Positions 1 through 8,974 of a DNA stretch of 64,000 bases are shown here, piece by piece. The notes below the pieces were generated by a model. It was not told the origin of the DNA. It made no database searches and saw only the letters and a list, made by a program, of their open reading frames with translations. The position numbers and the translations under genes were made by a program. The DNA is from an uncultured Clostridia bacterium (GTDB lineage: Bacteria; Bacillota; Clostridia; Christensenellales; UBA1242). The stretch lies in assembly GCA_944332185.1 (NCBI GenBank), contig CALVJJ010000005.1:438-64437 (forward strand). The letters are read 5' to 3'. The stretch's first letter is position 1; each line of letters starts with the position of its first letter.

Positions 1-183
1 GATGAAGATAAAAAACGTATTTTAAAAGCGATCTACATGATTAGTCAAAAACGTACTGTTATATTTTTTACTCACGATGCATCTTACGTTCCTTTAGCAA
101 AAGTAGTTTACCGTGTAGAAAACGGCAAGATCATTGCTATTAAAATCAATGACACCATCGATACATCTTTACTTGAAAAATAA
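1..183 (+). CDS. C-terminal fragment of an ABC-transporter ATP-binding domain (5' end outside the window)
   Basis: Frame +1 is open from base 1 to TAA at 181-183. The translation ...QKRTVIFFTHDASYVPLAKVVYRVENGKIIAI... matches the H-loop/switch region and C-terminal strands of ABC ATPases. A hairpin terminator follows directly. Confidence 0.55.
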   Translation, partial: DEDKKRILKAIYMISQKRTVIFFTHDASYVPLAKVVYRVENGKIIAIKINDTIDTSLLEK

Positions 184-212
184 AAAACTCTTTCCCCTTG
201 AAAGAGTTTTTT
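184..212. terminator. Rho-independent terminator (usable in both directions)
   Basis: Stem AAAACTCTTTC (184-194) pairs with GAAAGAGTTTT (200-210) around a 5-nt loop. An A-run lies before it and a T-run after it. Confidence 0.6.
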
Positions 213-232
213 CATGTGCTTATTTTATGATT

Positions 233-319
233 TGGTGCAGATGACAGGACTTGAACCTGCATGATGTTGCCATCACTAGAACCTGAATCTAGCGCGTCTG
301 CCAATTTCGCCACATCTGC
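233..319 (-). tRNA. tRNA-Leu (anticodon CAG)
   Basis: The reverse complement reads GCAGATGTGGCGAAATTGGCAGACGCGCTAGATTCAGGTTCTAGTGATGGCAACATCATGCAGGTTCAAGTCCTGTCATCTGCACCA. Acceptor stem is GCAGATG/CATCTGC. Anticodon stem is CTAGA/TCTAG with loop TTCAGGT. It has a long variable arm, a T-loop TTCAAGT and an encoded CCA, 87 nt in total. Confidence 0.9.
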
Positions 320-382
320 AAAATACTATTTTAGTATAAAACTTTTTGCCTATTTTTTCAAGTAAAATTCAAAAATTATGAC

Positions 383-418
383 AAGAAAAAAAGAAAACAT
401 GGTTATTCCATGTTTTCT
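383..418 (-). terminator. Rho-independent terminator of the rnj-trmR-U32 operon
   Basis: Stem AGAAAACATGG (392-402) pairs with CCATGTTTTCT (408-418). The U32 stop codon lies in the loop. A T-run follows on the minus strand (complement of 383-391). Confidence 0.55.
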
Positions 419-1632
419 TCTATTTTCTTTCGCAAAATATCTCCTGCATGAAGTGGAATATTCGTTTTGATATGTAATCGTTGCTGTACCTTGTTGGCAA
501 CGACAACTTCTTCTTGTTGATCATCTGTCATATACTCAACTGGTAATTGCATATTCAAAGTTTCTGTTGGAGATAAGACCTCTAGAATATCTCCTTTTTG
601 AAATTTGTTCCTTTGCTCCACCGTTACCATGCCATGACTTGTATCTTCTACTACAATAGCCATAAATTCGTACGACTGAATCGGTTTGCTACTTTGTAAA
701 TATTCCTTATTATCAGCATGCAAATAAAATCCTGTTGTATATCTTCTATGACTTGTTTTTTCCAATTCTTCTAGCAAATAGGCTGGACACTGATACTTAT
801 CTTTTTCTTTTATAGCAAGATCTAAAGCTCGTCTATAAGCATTGACCACTGTTGCCACATAATAAGGAGATTTCATTCTGCCTTCAATTTTAAAACTGGT
901 CACACCGATCTCAATCAATTTTGATAAATATTCGATCATGCATAAGTCTTTACTATTGAGAATATATGTTCCTCTACTATCTTCTTGAATTTCATACTCT
1001 TCTTGTCTAGACTGTTCTTTTATGGTATAACACCAGCGACAAGCTTGCACACAAGCTCCACGATTGCTATCTCTACCTGTCATATAATTAGACAAAAGAC
1101 ATCTGCCAGAGTAAGAGATACACATTGCTCCATGTACAAAAGTTTCGATTTCAATATCTTTTGGAATAGCTTCACGAATTTCTTTGATTTCTTCAAAAGA
1201 TAGTTCTCTTGCTAGTATTAACCTTTTGACACCCATTTTGACAAAAAATTGTGCTGCATATTTATTGGTAATATTAGCTTGTGTACTAACATGTATGTCC
1301 AAATTTGGTGCAATTTGGCGTACAAGTTCTATAATTCCTACATCAGAAACAATCACTGCATCTGCTCCAATTTTGTCAAGATACTCAATGTATGCTTTCA
1401 TACCTTCAAAATCTTCATTATGTGCCAAAATATTGAGTGTAATGTATGCTTTTTTATGTAACTTATGTGCATATTCTATTGATTTTGCTAGTTCTTCATC
1501 TTCAAAATTATCAGAAAAAGCTCTAAGTCCATATTTTTTACCTGCAAAATAACAAGCATCTGCTCCATAGTAAAAAGCTGTCTTTAATTTTTCCATATTC
1601 CCTGCAGGTGCTAATAGTTCAAGATTTGCCAT
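403..1632 (-). CDS. Peptidase U32 family protein (YrrO/YrrN, TrhP-type; tRNA 5-hydroxyuridine formation)
   Basis: 409 aa. The N-terminus LELLAPAGNMEKLKTAFYYGADACYFAG and the Cys-rich core FVHGAMCISYSGRCLLSNYMTGRDSNRGACVQACRW are characteristic of U32 peptidases. AAGGAG lies 7 nt upstream of the ATG. The gene sits directly downstream of a YrrM-like methyltransferase, as in Bacillus. Confidence 0.85.
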   Translation of the reverse strand: MANLELLAPAGNMEKLKTAFYYGADACYFAGKKYGLRAFSDNFEDEELAKSIEYAHKLHKKAYITLNILAHNEDFEGMKAYIEYLDKIGADAVIVSDVGIIELVRQIAPNLDIHVSTQANITNKYAAQFFVKMGVKRLILARELSFEEIKEIREAIPKDIEIETFVHGAMCISYSGRCLLSNYMTGRDSNRGACVQACRWCYTIKEQSRQEEYEIQEDSRGTYILNSKDLCMIEYLSKLIEIGVTSFKIEGRMKSPYYVATVVNAYRRALDLAIKEKDKYQCPAYLLEELEKTSHRRYTTGFYLHADNKEYLQSSKPIQSYEFMAIVVEDTSHGMVTVEQRNKFQKGDILEVLSPTETLNMQLPVEYMTDDQQEEVVVANKVQQRLHIKTNIPLHAGDILRKKIEENME

Positions 1633-1635
1633 AAT

Positions 1636-2274
1636 TTACTCCTTTATCTTTTGACTAACTGCCACCCCATCACCAATCGCATAGATATGAGATTGCCATG
1701 TTGGTTGTGTTACGATTTCGTTGAGATATTTTCTTAAGTTGACAACAATCGTTCTTTTTTTATGTGGTACAAACTCTGGTCCATCTACCATATGTTTAAA
1801 CAATACGTTATCAGCAAAAAGTATACCACCTTTTTTCAGTAATTTTTCTAGCAATGGTAAATATTTGATATATTGTCCTTTTGGTCCATCTAAAAAGATA
1901 AAATCAAATTTTTTTTGTTGTTGTGCCAACTGTTGTAAAACGATATAGGCATCGCCTAGATATTGGTGCACTTTATCTAATACTCCAAATTCTTGAAAAT
2001 GCTGTTTTGCAATATCATAACTATCTTGTTCTAATTCCATCGTGGTTAATGTTGCTGTAGGACAAGTTTGTAACATAATCGTACCAGAATACCCAATGGC
2101 TGTACCTATTTCTAAAATAGATTGTGGATTGTACTGTTTTAGGCAATGTATTAAAAAATTGGCAGTATCTTCTAATAAGACAGGAATAAACCTATCCCTA
2201 GCATACCTTTCGATATGCTCTAGGATAGGTGTTTTCCATGTATATTTTGGTAAAGTAATTGTTTCAATATTCAT
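1636..2274 (-). CDS. trmR: SAM-dependent O-methyltransferase, YrrM/TrmR-like (tRNA ho5U to mo5U methyltransferase)
   Basis: 212 aa. SAM motif ILEIGTAIGYSG and FDFIFLDGPKGQY fit the caffeoyl-CoA-OMT-like (Methyltransf_3) class. Its ATG overlaps the rnj stop by 1 nt (TAATG), and a U32 gene follows. Confidence 0.7.
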   Translation of the reverse strand: MNIETITLPKYTWKTPILEHIERYARDRFIPVLLEDTANFLIHCLKQYNPQSILEIGTAIGYSGTIMLQTCPTATLTTMELEQDSYDIAKQHFQEFGVLDKVHQYLGDAYIVLQQLAQQQKKFDFIFLDGPKGQYIKYLPLLEKLLKKGGILFADNVLFKHMVDGPEFVPHKKRTIVVNLRKYLNEIVTQPTWQSHIYAIGDGVAVSQKIKE

Positions 2275-4100
2275 TAGTTCTCCAAGATAATTGGCAAAAC
2301 AAGTGGTCTACGTTTTGCTTTCTTTGCAAAGAAATTAGTTACACTCTTTCTAATATTCGTTTTGATGAGCCCCCAATCTCCTGTTTTGAAATTTTCTTTT
2401 CCCAAAGCATTGATGACAACATCTTTTGCTTCTTCTAGCATATTATCTTCCCCTTGTTTGTAACTAAATCCACGAGTGATAATATCTGGTTTTGCATTGA
2501 GAGCTCCTGTGCTAGAAGAAATAGACACAATAACAACGCACACTCCTTCTTCAGCAAGTTGCATACGATCACGTAGAATCATACTCCCTACATCACCCAC
2601 GCCAAGACCATCGACAAGTCTAGATCCAGATGGGACAGTCCCTACTAATTTCATCGAGTTTTTGGTAATGGCAAATTGATTGCCTAGATCTGGAATCATA
2701 ATATTACGTTTTTCCATACCAAGATCTTGTGCCAAATTAGCATGAGCTCGCAAGTGTCTATATTCCCCATGACATGGAATAAAGAATTTTGGTTTCATCA
2801 AACTATGCAACACTTTCAGTTCATCACGATAAGCATGTCCACTTACGTGCACTTCTGCCAAACTTTCGTAAATGACTTCTGCTCCTTTTCTGTATAATTG
2901 ATTGATGACATCATTGATAGTTTTTTCATTCCCTGGAATAGAAGAACTAGAGAATATCACAAGATCGTTTTCTCCAATTTGCACTTTTTGGAATTCATCA
3001 TTAGCCATACGAGATAGCGCACTAGCAGGTTCTCCTTGTGTACCTGTGGTAATGATAACCAATTCATTGTCAGGATAACGATCGATGTTGCTAATGTCTA
3101 TGATATTATCCTTATTAAATCTAAGTTCACCAATTTTACTTGCTGTCTCACAAATATTGATCATAGATCTACCTGTAAAAGTGACCTTTCTTCCATATTT
3201 TTCAGCAATATCTAGTATTTGTTGTACACGATGCACATTGCTGGCAAATGTTGCAATAATAATACGTTTTACTTTTTGTGTCGCAAAGATATTATCAAGA
3301 GTTTTGCCTACATTCTTTTCACTCATACTAAACCCATTACGTTCTGCGTTCGTACTATCGGCAGTCATTAAAAGCACACCTTTTTGTGCTATTTCTCCCA
3401 AATGGGCCAGATCCATTGCTTCCCCATCAATTGGAGTTAGATCAAGTTTAAAGTCACCTGTATGGAAATAGACTCCAACTGGTGTTGTGATGACGAATCC
3501 AAAACTTCCACTAATAGAGTGTGTCACTTTTACGAATTCAATCGTAAATGGTCCAATTTTGACTTTTTGTCTATTCTTGACAGCAATGCCCTTGAATTTT
3601 ATTTTTTTATGTTCTCTTAATTTGTTCTCAATCAAAGCCAATGTGAGTCTACTTCCATAGACAGGAGCATTGATTTCATTAAACACGTATGGAACTGCAC
3701 CAATATGGTCTTCGTGTCCATGTGTAATAATGAATGCACGAATTTTGTCTTTGTTTTCATTCAAATACGTAATATCTGGTACCACAATATCAATACCTGG
3801 CATATCATCACTAGGGAAAGTAAGTCCACAATCGATCACAATCATATCATTGCCATATTCCAAAGCAATCATGTTCTTGCCGATTTCTCCTACCCCACCT
3901 AAAAATGTCAATTTTAGTGCATTGCCTTTGCTCATAACCTTATTTTTTACTTTTTGTGTTTTGCTAGATTCTGCAATATTGGTAAGGTTGTTTTGGTCTT
4001 TTACTGTATTTTGTCTTTTCGTAAAAGTACGTCTTTGTGTATGATGAAATTTTTGCTCACTTACCGGTTGCAAAACCTCATTTTGATTTTGTTCATTCAT
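2274..4100 (-). CDS. rnj: Ribonuclease J (metallo-beta-lactamase/beta-CASP RNase)
   Basis: Contains LGGVGEIGKNMIALEY, the HGHEDHIG zinc motif and a beta-CASP region. The start is set at MNEQ (ATG 4098-4100) because GGAG lies 8 nt upstream. This leaves a basic, Q/N/K-rich N-terminal extension of about 56 aa before the catalytic domain. An alternative start at MSKGNALK cannot be excluded. Confidence 0.9.
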   Translation of the reverse strand: MNEQNQNEVLQPVSEQKFHHTQRRTFTKRQNTVKDQNNLTNIAESSKTQKVKNKVMSKGNALKLTFLGGVGEIGKNMIALEYGNDMIVIDCGLTFPSDDMPGIDIVVPDITYLNENKDKIRAFIITHGHEDHIGAVPYVFNEINAPVYGSRLTLALIENKLREHKKIKFKGIAVKNRQKVKIGPFTIEFVKVTHSISGSFGFVITTPVGVYFHTGDFKLDLTPIDGEAMDLAHLGEIAQKGVLLMTADSTNAERNGFSMSEKNVGKTLDNIFATQKVKRIIIATFASNVHRVQQILDIAEKYGRKVTFTGRSMINICETASKIGELRFNKDNIIDISNIDRYPDNELVIITTGTQGEPASALSRMANDEFQKVQIGENDLVIFSSSSIPGNEKTINDVINQLYRKGAEVIYESLAEVHVSGHAYRDELKVLHSLMKPKFFIPCHGEYRHLRAHANLAQDLGMEKRNIMIPDLGNQFAITKNSMKLVGTVPSGSRLVDGLGVGDVGSMILRDRMQLAEEGVCVVIVSISSSTGALNAKPDIITRGFSYKQGEDNMLEEAKDVVINALGKENFKTGDWGLIKTNIRKSVTNFFAKKAKRRPLVLPIILEN

Positions 4101-4462
4101 ATTTTTTTCTCCTTTTTTCATAAAAGGGACAGCATTCTCTATAATAAAATTTTCCACAATAAAACACAGTTGTCTTTATGCACAACTTATTTATTCAAGT
4201 ACTGTTGTTTACACAAAAAACTCCTTTACAACCACAAAAAATCTTGTGTCCACACACATGATGAGTTTTTTTGCCAACATATAAAATTGTAATTATTTAT
4301 CTACATAGGCGAATGCTATTCACCCAATATTTCCTATTTTAAGTATCTGCAGTATATCACAAATAGTCTGATTAGTCAACAAAAATTAAAAAGTATATCT
4401 TTATCTTATCTTTTAGTTGTTTCCCTTTTCTAGTATACTTATACAACTTGACTTTTTCGCAC

Positions 4463-4493
4463 AAAAAAAAGAGGCATTGGCTGCCTCTTTTTT
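4463..4493. terminator. Bidirectional rho-independent terminator at the holin end of the phage-derived module
   Basis: Stem GAGGCA (4471-4476) pairs with TGCCTC (4482-4487) around a 5-nt loop. An A8 run precedes it and a T6 run follows. Confidence 0.65.
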
Positions 4494-4503
4494 AAAAACA
4501 TCA

Positions 4504-4767
4504 TCATTGGTTGGTATTATGAGTATCATTGGTATCATCATCTGTGTCAGATTGATGGTCTTGATCACTTTCACTATCCATAGAATCATTGTCGCTAGGT
4601 TTTATGATAATGCCTAATATAACTAATATGCCACAGATTGCTGTCACAAGTTCACTAATAAACTGTTCATTGATGGCAAAACCGAATTGTTTTCCTATCA
4701 CTTGCAATAGCAATATTACTGCCCCTGTTAAGCTGATCCAAAACCCGTATTGTCTTAATTTACTCAT
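4504..4767 (-). CDS. Phage holin (phi LC3-like, two-TM type) with an acidic C-terminal tail
   Basis: 87 aa from ATG 4765-4767, with GGAG upstream. The sequence SKLRQYGFWISLTGAVILLLQVIG...LVTAICGILVILGIII gives two TM helices. The tail is D/S/T/N-rich. It is the last gene of the module. Confidence 0.6.
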   Translation of the reverse strand: MSKLRQYGFWISLTGAVILLLQVIGKQFGFAINEQFISELVTAICGILVILGIIIKPSDNDSMDSESDQDHQSDTDDDTNDTHNTNQ

Positions 4768-4993
4768 TTTCCTTTTCTCCTTGTACATGTGACTGAATGG
4801 TTGTTTTTATTTCCTGTATATCTTCTTTTATGTTTTCGACAATAGATAAAGATGCATTCAAAGATGCAATCGTTTCTTGATACTTGATTTCTCTACGTCT
4901 ACTATCTTTTAAAACATACACCAACAGCATTAAAAACAACACTGCCCATAGCCCATTGCTTATAGCCAAATTCAATATTTCTTCAAATACCAT
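4760..4993 (-). CDS. BhlA/UviB-family holin-like peptide
   Basis: 77 aa. One N-terminal TM (GLWAVLFLMLLVYVL) is followed by KDSRRRE and an amphipathic coiled tail, the architecture of BhlA/UviB peptides. A TAATG overlap links it to the upstream ORF. Confidence 0.55.
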   Translation of the reverse strand: MVFEEILNLAISNGLWAVLFLMLLVYVLKDSRRREIKYQETIASLNASLSIVENIKEDIQEIKTTIQSHVQGEKENE

Positions 4994-5637
4994 TAGTATA
5001 GATATTCCTTTTTCAAAATACTAAAATATGGTCCAAGTACAGATTCTAGCCTATTTTCTTTTTCTAAAACAGCACGAATTTGAGAAGGAGAAAAAGACTG
5101 AAAAATGGTTTTTAGACGTTCATATATTGTTTTTTCAAAATTATTTTCTTTTTCTTGCATACTTTTTTGTTGTTCTTCTTGCTGTGCTTGATGAATATGA
5201 TTGGCTTTCTCTTTTTCTTTTTTTAATTGCTCTTGAAGAACTGCAATTTTTTGCTCCACATTTTCCACGTTAAAAAGATTCAGTTCCTTGAGATCTGTTT
5301 CTTTTGCTGATTCCAATCCTTCTAACTCAAATTCCAACATCGTAATATTCTGTTGAACTGATTTTGCTTGTTGTTGCAAGTCAAGATTGCTATTTTGATG
5401 ATCTTTTAATGTATCTTGTGGCAATGATTCTGTGCTATTGTTCTCCACTGACTTATCTTGTTGCGATACTTCTAGATTAGAATTGCCAACATAATTTTGA
5501 TTGATGTTTTCTTGTTGCTCATAAGCTGTATTTTGTAATTTTTCTATTTCCTTCCCTACAAGATAGATGGCTTCTTGTTGGCTCGTTTGGTCCATCATAT
5601 TTTCTGTCCAATGTTGATCAAATTTGTATGTGTACAT
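4993..5637 (-). CDS. Q/E/N-rich coiled-coil protein of the phage-derived module (function unknown)
   Basis: The start is set at MYTYKFDQHW (ATG 5635-5637) because AGGAGG lies 6 nt upstream. The longer ORF-track start would overlap the upstream gene by 92 nt. The 214-aa product is low-complexity and heptad-like. Confidence 0.55.
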   Translation of the reverse strand: MYTYKFDQHWTENMMDQTSQQEAIYLVGKEIEKLQNTAYEQQENINQNYVGNSNLEVSQQDKSVENNSTESLPQDTLKDHQNSNLDLQQQAKSVQQNITMLEFELEGLESAKETDLKELNLFNVENVEQKIAVLQEQLKKEKEKANHIHQAQQEEQQKSMQEKENNFEKTIYERLKTIFQSFSPSQIRAVLEKENRLESVLGPYFSILKKEYLY

Positions 5638-5704
5638 ACCTATCCTCCTATCTTTTTGTAATTGTAACATGGCTCGCCTTTGTATCGTATTGCCGATCAT
5701 CATA

Positions 5705-6916
5705 TTATACCTTACTTTCGTATAGTTGATCTTCATAGACAATATAGGTTTTATTTTGCAAGTACATAATTTCTTGTGCATTAGGATAAGTGGCAAGACT
5801 CGTTAATTTTACTCTACCGTTGATGGTTGTCAACAAGTATTCTTGTATATATCCATGATATTTTGCTAATAAATGTATACCATCTTCTTTTTCCACCCCT
5901 GTCAGTTCTAATGGTGACTTAATATTCAAACAGAATGGATATAATATATCATCATCAAGAAAACGAGTAGACAACATAAAATAAAGAATCTTACCATCAA
6001 TGCTTTGTGCTAAAAATCCATTTTCACCAACTAACCCTTGCATACTTGTCACACCTTGTAATTTTTTAAAATTCGTAGAGATCAGTAATTGATCTAGTCT
6101 AGTACAAGTATAAGATGGCGCTAAAGTAAAATCTAGTTGTACTCCTGTCAAAATCCATTGATCCCCATCTTTATATAACACAATGATAGGAGACAATCCT
6201 GAAGAACTACTAAGCACACTACAGATACTAGGTTTTGCTAAAGGAATCTGTAAGATAGCATTTGTAAATAGATTTTGAATTATGATAGCTGTGTCTGTCT
6301 GATAGATGACACACATCATAGCAGTAGTGTCATTTATTTTTGCTACTGCAAAATCACAAACATTCTTAACTGCTTGTGCTGTCTTACCAAAGGTTATCAA
6401 CTTGGGATCTTCTTCCAAACTATATTGACTTAAATAATATTCATCATCAAGTAAAGATAATATGTATGCACCTTTTTGTGTATAACATATTTTTGTACTA
6501 GGTTGTTCAAAATCTAATATGATAGATTTTCCCCTTGATGAGCAATGTATCAACATAGTTTCTGTCTCTATATTATTATTTATTGTCAGTAACATTGTAG
6601 ATTTTGGTGTTAGATATACACTTGTTGATAATTTCAAACAATTATTATATTGTGTAAAAGAAGCTATAAAAACGTTGTCAATATATAAAAAACACTGTCT
6701 TTCATTAGCATTTTGAAACACCAGAGACAAACAAAGATCTATTTTTTCTACCTCTGTCACATGAAATAATTGCAATGGAATTTGGTGTGTACTAGGAATA
6801 GTCAGTCTTCTAAATTGTTCTTTCCATTCTCGTTCTAAACTTGAAAATTGATCTACCATTGAGGATTGCAAAACACCTAATTGCTCATAAGCTTCTTTAC
6901 CATAACTTTTATTCAT
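5705..6916 (-). CDS. Hypothetical phage-module protein (403 aa; candidate tail/baseplate component)
   Basis: Long ORF with an ATGA overlap to the upstream gene. I recognise no family motif. The position downstream of the head genes suggests a structural role. Confidence 0.6.
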   Translation of the reverse strand: MNKSYGKEAYEQLGVLQSSMVDQFSSLEREWKEQFRRLTIPSTHQIPLQLFHVTEVEKIDLCLSLVFQNANERQCFLYIDNVFIASFTQYNNCLKLSTSVYLTPKSTMLLTINNNIETETMLIHCSSRGKSIILDFEQPSTKICYTQKGAYILSLLDDEYYLSQYSLEEDPKLITFGKTAQAVKNVCDFAVAKINDTTAMMCVIYQTDTAIIIQNLFTNAILQIPLAKPSICSVLSSSSGLSPIIVLYKDGDQWILTGVQLDFTLAPSYTCTRLDQLLISTNFKKLQGVTSMQGLVGENGFLAQSIDGKILYFMLSTRFLDDDILYPFCLNIKSPLELTGVEKEDGIHLLAKYHGYIQEYLLTTINGRVKLTSLATYPNAQEIMYLQNKTYIVYEDQLYESKV

Positions 6917-8397
6917 TGATAATATCCTACTAAAATAGTTGGTGCCGAAATGTATGCTTGTCTATCTTGACACTCAAAGGTAATCCCAAATATTTTTCCT
7001 TTCATATGTATTTTAATCGTTTGAGGTTTGTCTGAACCTTTGACAAAAAATTTTTTTGTTTTCTTGTCTGTACTGATCACCATTTGACAATCATAACGTG
7101 AAGTTAGATAGATCTCTTGTATCATTTTTTCTTTATCTGGAAGATCTAGATCTATCATAGGCGATACCCATTTTTTAGGTAATGGTTGATCAAAAAATTG
7201 ACCATCTTCTTCAAGTACTGTACAGACTTGCTTGCCATTATGTTTACAGACAACTAGTAGTTTTGAGAAGGTATCATCATGGCAGGCACATATACTCATG
7301 ATACCAACTCCTCTAAGTAATGCAATTTTCCCCGTTTCTAAATCATATTGTAATAATGTATTAAAATTACCTGTTTCACAAGTCATTGGATCAGGATAGT
7401 TCATATTGCAAGCTAGATAATAACAGCCGTTATGAAACACACCTTCAGCTTTTGTATTGTCTTGATTTTGTAATGCTTGCATGAGTGGAAAATCTATTTT
7501 TTCATAATTTAGTCCATCAAATCGATAGAGTCCATCTTCCATAAGCAAAATAAAACAATCCCCTGCTACCACTACACTATCTGGATAAATTCTGGAATTG
7601 GATTGATAGAGTTGTTCTGCTTCAAAACCTTGATTGGTTTTTGCTATCCTACTAATTCCATAATCCCTAAACACATAAACATAATCTTTAAAACTCATGA
7701 CTTTATTCAGTCTACCTTTTTCATCGATCATGGTAAGGAATCCTGCTTCTAGCATAGACACATTCCAATTCGTTGGATCTAGGTCATCGCTATACCATAC
7801 TTGACTTTTGTCTCCACTTAAACAAGCAAACAGTTTATCAAACTGTAGACACATACTACTAATTTTAGGTGCATCTTCTACAAAAATAGGAGCATTATTC
7901 GCATAATTAGCGTCCCAAATTATCATACCATCTTGTTTTGTACACAAGATAAAAACATCTTGACCGTTAAGTCTATAATTAACAGCTACCGGACAAGAAG
8001 ACAATGAAAATCTGGTTTCTTTGCTAGGTGTTGTATCGATGGCTTGCAAAAACACCGAATACAAGTGATGGTCTACACAATAAGCCACCACCATTGACCA
8101 ATCATTCCCCATATAATCATAATACCGATATACCCATACTTTTTCTATATCATAAGGAAATTCATCAATGATTCTTGTCAAATGTTCGGGATCATCTACA
8201 TGAGGCAGATATAAGGTTTTCAATCCCATACCTGTTGTTAATGCCCCATTATGAGCATCAAAATTATACATAGAAGTTGCCACATTCAATGGCAAGATAT
8301 TGGGATCTTTATCTGTATTAGCATTCTGTAAAAAATCTTCTATTTTCACTTTTTTATATACAATATTTTTTTTAGATCTTTGATATTGACTATACAT
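6913..8397 (-). CDS. Hypothetical phage-module protein (494 aa; beta-rich, candidate tail tube/nozzle-like component)
   Basis: The ATG at 8395-8397 overlaps the upstream stop (TAATG). Repetitive beta-strand-like segments are present (VWYSDDLDPTNWN, YVYVFRDYGISRI, LYRFDGLNYEKI). No catalytic motif was recognised. Confidence 0.6.
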   Translation of the reverse strand: MYSQYQRSKKNIVYKKVKIEDFLQNANTDKDPNILPLNVATSMYNFDAHNGALTTGMGLKTLYLPHVDDPEHLTRIIDEFPYDIEKVWVYRYYDYMGNDWSMVVAYCVDHHLYSVFLQAIDTTPSKETRFSLSSCPVAVNYRLNGQDVFILCTKQDGMIIWDANYANNAPIFVEDAPKISSMCLQFDKLFACLSGDKSQVWYSDDLDPTNWNVSMLEAGFLTMIDEKGRLNKVMSFKDYVYVFRDYGISRIAKTNQGFEAEQLYQSNSRIYPDSVVVAGDCFILLMEDGLYRFDGLNYEKIDFPLMQALQNQDNTKAEGVFHNGCYYLACNMNYPDPMTCETGNFNTLLQYDLETGKIALLRGVGIMSICACHDDTFSKLLVVCKHNGKQVCTVLEEDGQFFDQPLPKKWVSPMIDLDLPDKEKMIQEIYLTSRYDCQMVISTDKKTKKFFVKGSDKPQTIKIHMKGKIFGITFECQDRQAYISAPTILVGYYQ

Positions 8398-8966
8398 TAT
8401 ACCCACCTTCTAGGTTTGATATAAATTTCTGATTTTTTACGAGCAATATTCGCAATAGCTTTTTGGAATTCTTCATCATATCGATTCATTTCTTCTTCAA
8501 AACCTTTGATAAAATAGTAATCACTTACGACACTTAAGGCTACAATTTGTTCATGAATATCTTCAGCATAATAGGTTATATCTTCTCCAAAGGCAACTTC
8601 TTTTGGGTAATAAGAATACTTAATCACCACCTGTCCTACATTTGGACACAAGATTTTGTCTTCTTGGATACTATACTCTACACTTGCTCCTGCAAGTGTT
8701 TTTACAGATAAAATGTTATGAATGATATGTTCTGTATGCTCACGCATTGCTATTGGTTCACTGGTGGATACTGTCATAGAAGAAACTAAAGGTTTGTAAT
8801 GCGTTACCAATTTTATCATAGTATAATTGACACATTTTAATAGCAGTGTTAATTCTTTTTTTCTTTCTTCATCGCTATCTTCTTGCCCCAGTAAGATGGG
8901 ACTACCCATCAAATCTTCTTTGTCCAACATGACACAAGCATATTCGATAATTTTATTTACTTTCAT
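8397..8966 (-). CDS. Hypothetical phage-module protein (189 aa; candidate head-tail connector/adaptor)
   Basis: The start is set at MKVNKIIEY (ATG 8964-8966), with AAGGAG 4 nt upstream. The function is inferred only from its position after the capsid gene. Confidence 0.5.
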   Translation of the reverse strand: MKVNKIIEYACVMLDKEDLMGSPILLGQEDSDEERKKELTLLLKCVNYTMIKLVTHYKPLVSSMTVSTSEPIAMREHTEHIIHNILSVKTLAGASVEYSIQEDKILCPNVGQVVIKYSYYPKEVAFGEDITYYAEDIHEQIVALSVVSDYYFIKGFEEEMNRYDEEFQKAIANIARKKSEIYIKPRRWV

Positions 8967-8974
8967 ATTTCTCC

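Noticed and set aside
233-319. tRNA-Leu as a possible attachment site for the phage-derived module.
   Set aside because: The tRNA is about 4 kb from the module and separated from it by the core rnj-trmR-U32 operon. No integrase is present. I could find no copy of the tRNA 3' end near 4.3-4.5 kb or 16.3-19.4 kb by eye.
985-1552. Plus-strand ORFs of 70-122 aa inside the U32 gene, and the many similar antisense ORFs elsewhere. Examples are 2476-4292 opposite rnj, 21306-23615 opposite parC, 24314-25784 opposite parE, 44762-45121 and 46055-46914 opposite the 1207-aa gene, 50880-53489 opposite uvrA, and 56849-59811 opposite the 1189-aa gene.
   Set aside because: All lie fully inside long, well-supported genes on the other strand. 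Their translations are low-complexity and F/L/I/S-rich, as expected from reading AT-rich coding DNA backwards. They lack Shine-Dalgarno sequences. I treat them as shadow ORFs.
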